From an uncultured bacterium (GTDB lineage Bacteria; Actinomycetota; Acidimicrobiia; Spongiisociales; ZC4RG35): a DNA stretch of 64,000 nucleotides. Numbering within the stretch: the first letter of the stretch is position 1; each line of letters starts with the position of its first letter. This document shows positions 56,039 to 64,000 of this stretch, piece after piece. A program made the translations under genes and the position numbers. Where the stretch lies: positions 963,905-1,027,904 of the forward strand of contig CAWGTX010000006.1 of NCBI GenBank assembly GCA_963825585.1, given 5' to 3'. A model generated the notes under the pieces. The model was not told the DNA's origin. It was given only the letters and a program-made list of their open reading frames with translations, and did not search any database.

Positions 56039-58222
56039 ATGCGGCTGGTCCTCAACGACAACCCGATCGAGTGCGTCGAGGGTGACGACCTGCTGACCGC
56101 CGCCGTGCGCAACCGTGTGATCCCACCCGGGTCGCTGTGCGGCACCGGCGACTGCCCGAACTGTCTCGCCGTGGTCGACGGCGTCGCCTACACACGTATG
56201 TGTCGCACGCCCGCTCGGCCCGGCATGGTGGCCGCCACCCAACAGGTCAAGGACTATCCCACCCTGCCTGAGTCGCCACTGGGCATGCAGGTCGGTTCGC
56301 GCCTCGTCACCACCGACGTCGCCATCGTCGGTGGTGGAGAGTCCGGCCTGGCGGAAGCCGATCGGCTCCGCGCCGAGGGCCGGATGGTCACGATCTTCGA
56401 CGACGGCCGCGGCGAGCACGTCGCCGGGGTGTACGAAGGCCCCGAACTGCTGATCCGCACCCCGGACGGAATGCTTCGGTGCGAGGCGAACGAGGTGGTG
56501 ATCGCCACCGGCGCCATGGAGATCCACCCGGTGTGCCCGGGAAGCGGCCTGGCGGGCATCTTCACCGCCCGGGCGGCGGCGTGGCTGCTCGAAGCGGGGG
56601 TGGACCTGGGCACGATGGTGGCGGTCGGCACTCCGCCGGACGGCTTCACCGGCATCGTGGCCCGTGGCGACCTGATGGGGTTCGAGGGAGAGACGAGCGT
56701 CACAGCCGTGGTCGTGCGTACCCCCGAGGGCGGCGAATCGCGGGTCGAGTGTGACTCGGTGTCCGTCGGCCTGGGGCTGATGCCGCGCGACCTGCTGGCC
56801 CGCATGGGCGCCGGCCTCCCGGTACGCATCGTCGGTGACGCCGCCCAGCCCGGTGTGCTGCCCGCCTGCCCAACCGCCGGCATCGTGTGCCCCTGCTCGG
56901 AGGTCTCCGTCGACGCCCTTTCTTCGGTGTGGGAGCGTGGGTTCCACGAGCTCGAACTGGTGAAGCGCTCCACCCTGGTCGGGACCGGCACATGCCAGGG
57001 GGCGGTGTGCATGCCCCACGTTCGGGCGTTCATGGCCGAGCGGGGCGCGCCCACGACGACATCGTTCACCGCTCGGCCGCTGGCCCGCCAGCTCACCATG
57101 GCCGAAGCGGCCGCCGGATGGGCGCCGCCGGCGTTCCGGCGCACCGGACTGCACGACGAGCACCTCACCCTGGGTGGACGGATGGACCGCTTCGGAGGCT
57201 GGTGGCGGCCGTGGCGCTACGGCGCCCCCGCCCAGGAGTACTGGGCGGTCCGCCAGGGTGTGTCGCTGGGCGACGTGGGGACCCTCGGGAAGTTCATCGT
57301 GTCCGGGCCCGACGTGGTCGAGTTCCTCGAACGGATCTACCCGACCCGGATCGCCGACATCAAGCCGGGACGTTCCCGCTACGTGCTCAACCTGGCCGAG
57401 TCGGGTGGCGTGATCGACGACGGCATGGTGTGTCGGGTCGACGACACCAGGTTCATCCTCACCTTCACCTCGGGTGGCGCCAGTTTCGCCGAGGCATGGA
57501 TGCGGGACTGGGCATCCACCTTCGGAACCAAGGTTCACATCCTCGACCGCACCCACGCCTGGGGCGCCATCAACGTCACCGGCCCTCTCGCCTCCGAGCT
57601 GCTCGCCCGGGCCGGGTTCGACCAACCACCTTCGTTCATGGGTCACACCACCGCCGAGATCGCCGGGGTGCCGTGCCGGGTGTTCCGACTCAGCTTCACG
57701 GGCGAGGCGTCCTTCGAGCTCCATCACCCCTCCGACCGCTCGGGCGAGCTGTGGGGGGCACTCATGCGCCTCGGGCGCCCGCTCGGCGTCAAACCCCACG
57801 GCATCGACGTGCTGTTCACCCTGCGGCTCGAGAAAGGCCACATCATCGTGGGCATGGACACCGAGTCCGACTCGACCCCCCGCCGGCTCGGGATGGACTG
57901 GGCGGTGAAGATGGACAAACCGAACTTCATCGGGCGGCCGGCGCTGGAGCGCACCGCCCGATTCCCCCTCGACAAACGGTCGATGGGGCTGACCATGGAC
58001 GGGCCACCTCCCGAGGAGGGTTCGATCATCCGGTCCGGGTCCGACTATGCCGGCTACGTGACGTCGGCCCGCTTCTCCCCCATGCTCGGCCACACCGTCA
58101 TGCTCGGCTGGGTACGCCTGGAAGAGGGCGAAGCGGTGGGCGATCTCACCGTCGACGGCCGGCCGGCAGTCGTCGCCCCAACTCCCTTCTACGACCCGGA
58201 TGGCGCCCGTGCCCGAGCCTGA
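56039..58222 (+). CDS. soxA: Sarcosine oxidase alpha subunit family (short, 727 aa)
   Basis: N-terminal Cys-rich region, FAD/NAD-binding VAIVGGGESGL, C-terminal GcvT-like folate-binding fold. Confidence 0.8.
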   Translation: MRLVLNDNPIECVEGDDLLTAAVRNRVIPPGSLCGTGDCPNCLAVVDGVAYTRMCRTPARPGMVAATQQVKDYPTLPESPLGMQVGSRLVTTDVAIVGGGESGLAEADRLRAEGRMVTIFDDGRGEHVAGVYEGPELLIRTPDGMLRCEANEVVIATGAMEIHPVCPGSGLAGIFTARAAAWLLEAGVDLGTMVAVGTPPDGFTGIVARGDLMGFEGETSVTAVVVRTPEGGESRVECDSVSVGLGLMPRDLLARMGAGLPVRIVGDAAQPGVLPACPTAGIVCPCSEVSVDALSSVWERGFHELELVKRSTLVGTGTCQGAVCMPHVRAFMAERGAPTTTSFTARPLARQLTMAEAAAGWAPPAFRRTGLHDEHLTLGGRMDRFGGWWRPWRYGAPAQEYWAVRQGVSLGDVGTLGKFIVSGPDVVEFLERIYPTRIADIKPGRSRYVLNLAESGGVIDDGMVCRVDDTRFILTFTSGGASFAEAWMRDWASTFGTKVHILDRTHAWGAINVTGPLASELLARAGFDQPPSFMGHTTAEIAGVPCRVFRLSFTGEASFELHHPSDRSGELWGALMRLGRPLGVKPHGIDVLFTLRLEKGHIIVGMDTESDSTPRRLGMDWAVKMDKPNFIGRPALERTARFPLDKRSMGLTMDGPPPEEGSIIRSGSDYAGYVTSARFSPMLGHTVMLGWVRLEEGEAVGDLTVDGRPAVVAPTPFYDPDGARARA

Positions 58223-58586
58223 GATCCTCACCGGACGCCGCATCGTGGCCGACCCCGCCGCCATCGACGCCATCGCCTGGCCTGCGGGAGTGCGGGTGGT
58301 GCGCATCGCCCCCGACGACGTGTTCGCCATCGGCGCCGGCGGGCCCGTGGCGATCGCAGACCCCCATGCCATCGACGAGCCTGAGACCATGTTCTCAGGT
58401 GTGTGGCTCACCACTGCCGCCGTCGAGGAGTGGGTGGCGACCAACGCCGACTGGCACCTCCCCCATCGTGACGGCCTGGCCCAGGGCATGGTGGCCGCCC
58501 TGCCGGTCAAGATCCTGGTGGAGGGAGCGCAGTCACTGGTCATGGTGCCGGTGTCGTTCGCAGCCGAGTTGGAGGAGCGCCTGTGA
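58200..58586 (+). CDS. soxG: Sarcosine oxidase gamma subunit-like
   Basis: Small 128-aa protein between soxA and soxB. Weak family resemblance; overlaps soxA by 23 nt. Confidence 0.55.
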   Translation: MAPVPEPEILTGRRIVADPAAIDAIAWPAGVRVVRIAPDDVFAIGAGGPVAIADPHAIDEPETMFSGVWLTTAAVEEWVATNADWHLPHRDGLAQGMVAALPVKILVEGAQSLVMVPVSFAAELEERL

Positions 58587-59791
58587 ACGAGTTCGTCGAA
58601 GCCAAGGTGGCACTCACCTGGGCCGAACAGAAACCCTCCTACGACGTCGTCATCATCGGTGGCGGTGGCCACGGGTTGGCCACCGCCTACTACCTGGCCA
58701 GCCGCCACGGCATCACCAACGTGGCCGTCATCGAACGCGGTTACATCGGATCCGGCAACTCGGGCCGCAACACCACCATCATCCGGGCCAACTACGGCAT
58801 CCCCGCCTCGGTGGAGTTCTATCAGCATTCGCTCGAGCTCTATCAGACACTCGAAGCCGAAACCGACCGGTGGGTCATGCACCAGGAGAAGGGCCTGCTG
58901 TGGATGCATCACACCGAGATGGGCATCCGCACCGAACGGGCGCGAGCGCACATGAACAAGGCGTTCGGGGCCGAAACCACCTTCATCGGCCCCGAGGAGA
59001 TCAAGCGGATCGTCCCCGAAGTCGACCTGACCGGCGGCGGCCGGTATCCGGTGCTCGGTGGCTCGTATCACGTGGCCGGGGCCACCGCCCGGCACGATCG
59101 GGTGGTGTGGGCCTACGCCGAAGGTGCCATGAACCGCGGGGTGGACGTGCTCCAACGCACCACCGCCACCGGGATCCGAACTTCGAACGGACGGGTGACG
59201 GGCGTGGAGACCGACCGCGGGTTCATCGCCACCGGCACGGTTCTGTCGGCCACCGCCGGGCAGACGACCACCATCACCGACATGGTGGGCTTGCGCATGC
59301 CGATCCGCACCCATCCCCTCCAGGCGCTGGTCACCAACCACTACCGGCAGACCTTCGAGCCGATCGTGGCCTCGGCCGAACTCGCCTTCTACGTGTCACA
59401 GACGCCACGCGGCGAGATGCTGATGGGGGCCGAATGGGAACGCCAGCCCAGCTACTCGTACCGGTCGGGGTCGGAGTTCCTGCGTTCGTGCACCGCCAAG
59501 GCGATCATGCTGCTGCCCTTCCTGGCGGATCTACGGGTCCTGCGCCAGTGGACGGGCGTGTGTGACATCTCCCCCGACTCGTCGCCGATCATGGGCACCA
59601 CCCCGGTCGACGGCTTCCTGGTGTCCACCGGTTGGGGAACATGGGGGTTCAAGGCGATCCCCGCCGGCGGCGAGCAGCTGGCCTTGCTCATCGCCACCGG
59701 CCGAGTGCCGGATCTGATCGCCCCATTCAGCCTCGACCGGTTCGCCGAAGACCGCATCCTGGCCGACGCCGGATCGGCAGGTACCCAGTGA
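58583..59791 (+). CDS. soxB: Sarcosine oxidase beta subunit (FAD-dependent)
   Basis: DVVIIGGGGHGLATAYYLA; SoxB-like body. GTG start overlapping the soxG stop (GTGA). Confidence 0.9.
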   Translation: MNEFVEAKVALTWAEQKPSYDVVIIGGGGHGLATAYYLASRHGITNVAVIERGYIGSGNSGRNTTIIRANYGIPASVEFYQHSLELYQTLEAETDRWVMHQEKGLLWMHHTEMGIRTERARAHMNKAFGAETTFIGPEEIKRIVPEVDLTGGGRYPVLGGSYHVAGATARHDRVVWAYAEGAMNRGVDVLQRTTATGIRTSNGRVTGVETDRGFIATGTVLSATAGQTTTITDMVGLRMPIRTHPLQALVTNHYRQTFEPIVASAELAFYVSQTPRGEMLMGAEWERQPSYSYRSGSEFLRSCTAKAIMLLPFLADLRVLRQWTGVCDISPDSSPIMGTTPVDGFLVSTGWGTWGFKAIPAGGEQLALLIATGRVPDLIAPFSLDRFAEDRILADAGSAGTQ

Positions 59792-60003
59792 AGTTGACGT
59801 GCCCCACCTGCGGAAACCGATCGGTGGAGGAGTTCCGCTACGGCGAGATCCCCCGGGTGCCGGATTCGATCACCGACCCCGCCGCCCGCGACGTCGACCG
59901 CATCTTCATGAAGGCCAACCCCCACGGAACCACCCGGGAAGCCTGGTTCCACGACTTCGGCTGCCGCCGCTGGTTCGTCGTCGACCGCGACACGAGGACC
60001 TGA
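59788..60003 (+). CDS. soxD: Sarcosine oxidase delta subunit
   Basis: VKLTCPTCGNRSVEEFRYGE, a Zn-ribbon-like SoxD start. GTGA overlap with soxB. Confidence 0.75.
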   Translation: MKLTCPTCGNRSVEEFRYGEIPRVPDSITDPAARDVDRIFMKANPHGTTREAWFHDFGCRRWFVVDRDTRT

Positions 60004-60063
60004 GGAGCAAACCCAGGGTTGTAGACCACACCACGTGTAGTCGTGAGCCCACGGTTCGACCCG

Positions 60064-61809
60064 TCAGTCCACGTAGCGGCGAACGCGGACCCGTCTGCCC
60101 CGCAGGCTCGCCTGTGCCATGCGGCGGACGACGAAGTCGACGGCATCCTCGGGCACACCGACGACCGAGTAGTGGTCGCTGATACGGATGGGGCCGATCT
60201 GGCTACCGGGGATCTCGGCCGAGTTGGCGATGGCGCCGACGAGATCGCCGGGGCGGACGCCGGCGTTGCGGCCGAGGCTGAAGTACAACAGACCGGTGCC
60301 CGGCGATGGCCCGGGACCGGCTTCACGGCCGCGCTGTGGCCTGTCACGCTCCGCTCTGTCCCGCGGCGGCCGCTGACGGTCGAATGCGTCTGGGATCTCG
60401 ACCTCGTCGAGGATCGCACCGTCGGCCTCGTGCACCAGCTTGATGGCGGCCAGAGCGATGCGACGCACGCGGTCCTCGCCGACCCCTTCGACCAGCGCGG
60501 CGTCGTCGAGCACCGTCGCATAGGTCTCGAGGTCGTCGGCCGCCAGCGCGTCACGGATCGCCTCGACCGTCAACTCGAGCTGGCGGGCCCGCAGGTCGCC
60601 AACGGTGGGGACCTTCTTGACGGCGATGTTCTGTTTGGTGAGCCGTTCGATGTTGTCGAGCAGACGCCGCTGGCGCGGCTCGGCGAGGGTGATGGCGGTG
60701 CCTTCGCGACCCGCCCTCCCAACCCGGCCGATCCGATGGACGTAGGTGGCGGGGGCTGCCGGCACCTCGAAGTTGATGACGTGCGTCAAACGGTCGACGT
60801 CGAGGCCCCGGGCCGCCACGTCGGTGGCGATGAGCAGCTCGGCGGTGCCGTCGCGGAGCCGGCCCATCACCCGGTCACGCTGAGCCTGGTTGAGCCCCCC
60901 GTGCAGGGCTTCGGCCCGGTAACCACGCCCGTTCATCGTCTCGGTCAACTCGTCCACCTCGGTTCGTGTCCGGCAGAAGACCAGCGCCGCCACCGGCGCC
61001 TCGATGTCGAGGACCCGGGCCAGGGCAGATGGCTTGTGCTGGCGGTGCACGAAGTAGACCGACTGGGCGATGGTGCCAGACCCCAGATCGTCGTCCCCGC
61101 GACCCAGTTCGACCCGGGCCGGGTTCCGCTGATGCCGCTTGGCGATGGCGTTGATGCGGGGAGGCATCGTGGCAGAGAACAGCACCGTCTGGCGATCGGC
61201 CGGGGTCTGCTCCAGGATGGTCTCGATGTCCTCGGCGAACCCCATGTCGAGCATCTCGTCGGCCTCGTCGAGAACCACCGTGCGGATCGTGTCGAGTCTG
61301 AGCGAACCCCGGTTGATGTGATCGATCGCCCGGCCGGGTGTCGCCACCACCACATGGACACCACGATCGAGCATCTGCAGCTGGCGCCCGATCAGCTGCC
61401 CCCCGTAGATGGGTGCCACCCTGATCCGCTGTTCACTGCCGTACTTGAACATCGCCTCGCTGACCTGCATGGCCAGCTCCCTGGTCGGTACCAGGACCAG
61501 CACCGTGGGCACGATCGGGTCGTCGGGGTCGATGCGATTGATCGCCGGGAGGGCGAACGCCGCAGTCTTCCCCGTTCCGGTCGCCGCCTGGCCCAGGAGG
61601 TCACCACCCGAGAGGAGCAGGGGAATCGTCTCCCGCTGGATCGGCGTCGGCTCCTCGTATCCGAGCTTCGTCAACGCTCTCAGGATCTCCGGTCGGAGTC
61701 CGAGAGCGGCGAAGCCGTCGAGCGGCTCGGGGTCGCCGGTCGATCGGTCGGCTTGGGTCTCGGAGCCGTCGGTGTCGTTCATCGGATACTCGTTCGTGGG
61801 GGAAGCCAT
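60064..61809 (-). CDS. DEAD-box ATP-dependent RNA helicase with C-terminal DbpA-type RNA-binding domain
   Basis: Q-motif, AQTGTGKT (ATGTGKT), PTRELA, DEAD (VLDEAD), SAT, HRIGRxGR. Start codon choice uncertain (61809 vs 61782). Confidence 0.9.
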   Translation of the reverse strand: MASPTNEYPMNDTDGSETQADRSTGDPEPLDGFAALGLRPEILRALTKLGYEEPTPIQRETIPLLLSGGDLLGQAATGTGKTAAFALPAINRIDPDDPIVPTVLVLVPTRELAMQVSEAMFKYGSEQRIRVAPIYGGQLIGRQLQMLDRGVHVVVATPGRAIDHINRGSLRLDTIRTVVLDEADEMLDMGFAEDIETILEQTPADRQTVLFSATMPPRINAIAKRHQRNPARVELGRGDDDLGSGTIAQSVYFVHRQHKPSALARVLDIEAPVAALVFCRTRTEVDELTETMNGRGYRAEALHGGLNQAQRDRVMGRLRDGTAELLIATDVAARGLDVDRLTHVINFEVPAAPATYVHRIGRVGRAGREGTAITLAEPRQRRLLDNIERLTKQNIAVKKVPTVGDLRARQLELTVEAIRDALAADDLETYATVLDDAALVEGVGEDRVRRIALAAIKLVHEADGAILDEVEIPDAFDRQRPPRDRAERDRPQRGREAGPGPSPGTGLLYFSLGRNAGVRPGDLVGAIANSAEIPGSQIGPIRISDHYSVVGVPEDAVDFVVRRMAQASLRGRRVRVRRYVD

Positions 61810-61914
61810 GCACACTAGGCCGATCAACAGTGGCCCAGAATCGCGGCAGTGGTCGACCATTGCCCAGCCGGGTCAGGTCGACAGTGACCAGTCGGCTGAC
61901 CTCGATCAGCAGGT

Positions 61915-62517
61915 TCAGGCAAACACCGCTTCGGCGAAGGCGACGCTGAACGCCCTGCAGTAGATGAGGACGCTTTCGACCTGCGCCAGATCCACGTCGG
62001 CGGGGATGTCGTAGTTCTGGTCGCCGACGTTTCCGGTCAACACACCCAGATCCACCATCGAACCGTCGGAGAGCACCAGGTTCACCCGCAGGTCGGGCCC
62101 GTTGGTGACCTCGAAGTCCTCGAACCGGAGCACCGTCGACCCGTCGACGTCGTACACCATGGCACTTCCGGTGCCGTCGTAGCGGGGAGAACTGCTGGCG
62201 AACGATCCCGTCAAGAGTGCAGCCGGAGCGGCCGGAGCGTCGGTCGCCTCGGCGGTCGGCTCGCCGGCCGTCACATCCACCGGCTCGGAGGGGACCGTCT
62301 CTTCCCCGATGGTTGGAGCGGACACCTCTTCGGCGGGGGCGGCGGCAGCGGGTGCGGGGAACGCCTCGTCGACCGTCCGGTCGAGGAAGAGCGGCGAGCC
62401 CAACCACCAGGCGATCACGAGGGCGGGGATGGCGCCGATCAACACGGTGCGACGAAACCAGGTCCGCTTCCAGATCGGAGCAGCCGTGTCGCGTCGGGAA
62501 TCCTCGGTGATGGTCAT
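61915..62517 (-). CDS. Membrane-anchored DM13-domain protein
   Basis: TM anchor, then GSAMVYDVDGSTVLRFEDFEVTNGPDLRVNL. AAAGAGGA SD. Confidence 0.7.
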   Translation of the reverse strand: MTITEDSRRDTAAPIWKRTWFRRTVLIGAIPALVIAWWLGSPLFLDRTVDEAFPAPAAAAPAEEVSAPTIGEETVPSEPVDVTAGEPTAEATDAPAAPAALLTGSFASSSPRYDGTGSAMVYDVDGSTVLRFEDFEVTNGPDLRVNLVLSDGSMVDLGVLTGNVGDQNYDIPADVDLAQVESVLIYCRAFSVAFAEAVFA

Positions 62518-62672
62518 GATGTCCTCTTTCACAAACTCGGTGACACCACGACCAACCGTCTCCCGACGAGCCCCCTTCCCCCAGAGCGGTGAACAATCCA
62601 GAAACGAGGAGAGGGGCCACCGGACGGCGACCCCTCTCCTGTCACGAATGATTCACGAACGATCCGCGACGC

Positions 62673-63686
62673 TCACGGCAGCCAGGCGCTCCACACGGCC
62701 TCGTTGGCGGCGATCCACTCGGCTGCCACCTCATCGACGGGACGCTGGTCGATCTCCGCCCCAGGCAGCATCGACAGCTGGTCCTCACTCGTCAGCTGGA
62801 AGTTCTGCAGGAACGTCCACACGTCGGGTGCCTTCGCCTCGAGCGCCGACGATGCCAGCTTCTGCAGCACGTCCTCGGGGTACTCGCAGTCGACCCCTCC
62901 GTCGCCGGCGGCGGCGCTGGCGCCGCACTCCTCGGTGTAGGCGGGCAGTTCCACTTTCACCAGGTCGTACTTGGCGACGGCCGCCGTCGGCGTCCACCAG
63001 TACATCAGGATCGGCTCGCCGGCGGCCACCCGGGCGTCCAGTTCGGCCACGGTGGTCGCCTCCGAACCCGAGTACTCAACCTGGAACGGCAGTTCGAGGT
63101 TGGCGATGATCTGCTCGTCGAAGGTCGAGTACGAGGGATCGGTGCCGAGGAACCGTCCCAGCTCACCGCTCGACGCCGTGGCGAACAGGGCGGCGGCATC
63201 GGCCGACGCGTAGCCTTCCCACGACGCCAGGTCCGGGTTCTCGTCGATCACATACGAGGGAACGAACCAGCCGATCTCACCGACCGCGCCGAGCTCACCG
63301 ATGTTGGTGACCGATCCGTCGTCGATGAAGGCCTGCTCATCCTCGGTGATCCCCGACGGCCACACTTCGAGCACTGCGTCGAGGCTGCCATCGGCGAGCC
63401 CGGTGAACATGATGTTCTCGTCGATCGTCACCTCTTCCACCTCGTAGCCGAGTTCGCTCTCGATCAGCTGGGCGGCAACGGCGGTGTTCAGCGCCGAGGC
63501 AGTCCAGGCGTTCACCACCAGGTTGATCGTGGGCTTGTCGCCATCGGTGGACGGCTCGGCGGCTGCAGTGGTCGCGCTCGCCCCCTCGGCACCGGTGTCG
63601 TCTGCTGCATCGGTTCCGCCACCACAGGCAGCGACGACGAGAGCGAGGGCTCCCATCAGCAGCATCCAGGTTTTCTTGGTCCTCAT
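62673..63686 (-). CDS. proX: Glycine betaine/proline betaine ABC transporter substrate-binding lipoprotein
   Basis: Signal plus lipobox LVVAACGG; OpuAC-like fold. AGGAG SD. Confidence 0.85.
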   Translation of the reverse strand: MRTKKTWMLLMGALALVVAACGGGTDAADDTGAEGASATTAAAEPSTDGDKPTINLVVNAWTASALNTAVAAQLIESELGYEVEEVTIDENIMFTGLADGSLDAVLEVWPSGITEDEQAFIDDGSVTNIGELGAVGEIGWFVPSYVIDENPDLASWEGYASADAAALFATASSGELGRFLGTDPSYSTFDEQIIANLELPFQVEYSGSEATTVAELDARVAAGEPILMYWWTPTAAVAKYDLVKVELPAYTEECGASAAAGDGGVDCEYPEDVLQKLASSALEAKAPDVWTFLQNFQLTSEDQLSMLPGAEIDQRPVDEVAAEWIAANEAVWSAWLP

Positions 63687-63705
63687 GTGTACTCCTGATC
63701 GATGG

Positions 63706-63726
63706 CCGTTCAGCGGTCGCGAACGG
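63706..63726. promoter_or_regulatory. Palindrome ccgttc-N9-gaacgg in the divergent proX/proV promoter region
   Basis: ccgttcagcggtcgcgaacgg. Confidence 0.35.
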
Positions 63727-63751
63727 TTCCGGCTCGGTACATTACCGAGAC

Positions 63752-64000
63752 ATGCCTGTACAGACCGGCCCAACACCGAATGAGGTTTCCCTGTCTGTCG
63801 AGGGCGTCTGGAAGATCTTCGGACCCAAGCCCGACCGAGCGCTCGAACTGGCGAGCACCGGCTCCCGGCGTTCCGAGATCCTCGACGCCACCGGGTGCAC
63901 GATCGGCGTCCGTGACGTCTCGTTCTCGGTGGACCGGGGCGAGACATTCGTGGTCATGGGGCTGTCGGGCTCAGGGAAGTCGACCCTCGTACGGTGTGCG
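63752..64000 (+). CDS. proV: Glycine betaine/proline ABC transporter ATP-binding protein, N-terminal part (3' truncated by window)
   Basis: ...GETFVVMGLSGSGKSTLVRC, Walker A in the ProV/OpuAA context. Confidence 0.85.
   Translation, partial: MPVQTGPTPNEVSLSVEGVWKIFGPKPDRALELASTGSRRSEILDATGCTIGVRDVSFSVDRGETFVVMGLSGSGKSTLVRCA

Noticed and set aside
55895-59341. 1148-aa minus-strand ORF, the longest in the track
   Set aside because: Antisense to soxA/soxG/soxB, which have clear FAD-binding and GcvT motifs. Low-complexity Gly/Arg/Pro-rich translation typical of high-GC antisense frames.

Overview
High-GC (about 68-70%) bacterial chromosomal segment with actinobacterial character: Ni-SOD sodN/sodX, GTG starts, many 4-nt ATGA start/stop overlaps. 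Acidimicrobiia-like is a guess only. No rRNA, tRNA, CRISPR array or recognisable IS/transposase found by eye. The window is dominated by catabolism of quaternary amines and the C1 units they release. (i) A CoA-dependent carnitine/gamma-butyrobetaine module: NDP-forming acyl-CoA synthetase, acyl-CoA dehydrogenase, CaiD-like hydratase, L-carnitine dehydrogenase with a thioesterase-like C-terminus, a BKACE-family cleavage enzyme, and a divergent IclR regulator. (ii) An orphan MttB-family (non-Pyl) methyltransferase. (iii) Dimethylglycine dehydrogenase. (iv) Sarcosine oxidase soxAGBD. (v) Formate-THF ligase (fhs) next to an NAD-type formate dehydrogenase operon. (vi) proXV betaine uptake, an Opp/Dpp-type ABC transporter and two EamA exporters. 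Housekeeping genes (metG, typA, deoC plus ALDH, DEAD-box helicase, pabB-pabC fusion) are interspersed. The most unusual features: (1) the formate dehydrogenase alpha subunit is split into two genes in permuted order (catalytic part, then an FdsG-FdsB fusion, then the Fe-S part), and the catalytic gene has an in-frame UGA at the conserved Sec position followed by a SECIS-like hairpin; (2) a dispersed family of 8-bp-period GTYRACAR arrays (all HincII-type GTYRAC sites) at four intergenic loci flanking the methylamine/carnitine genes, plus two 7-bp microsatellites; (3) a GC-rich hairpin (MITE/REP-like) element present as an inverted pair and as a solo copy; (4) an aldehyde dehydrogenase paralogue lacking the catalytic domain, translationally coupled to a full ALDH; (5) a C7 homopolymer at the junction of two ABC ATPase ORFs where a +/-1 indel would make a fused two-NBD OppDF-like protein. 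Many long ORFs in the supplied track are antisense artefacts of the high GC content and were rejected.
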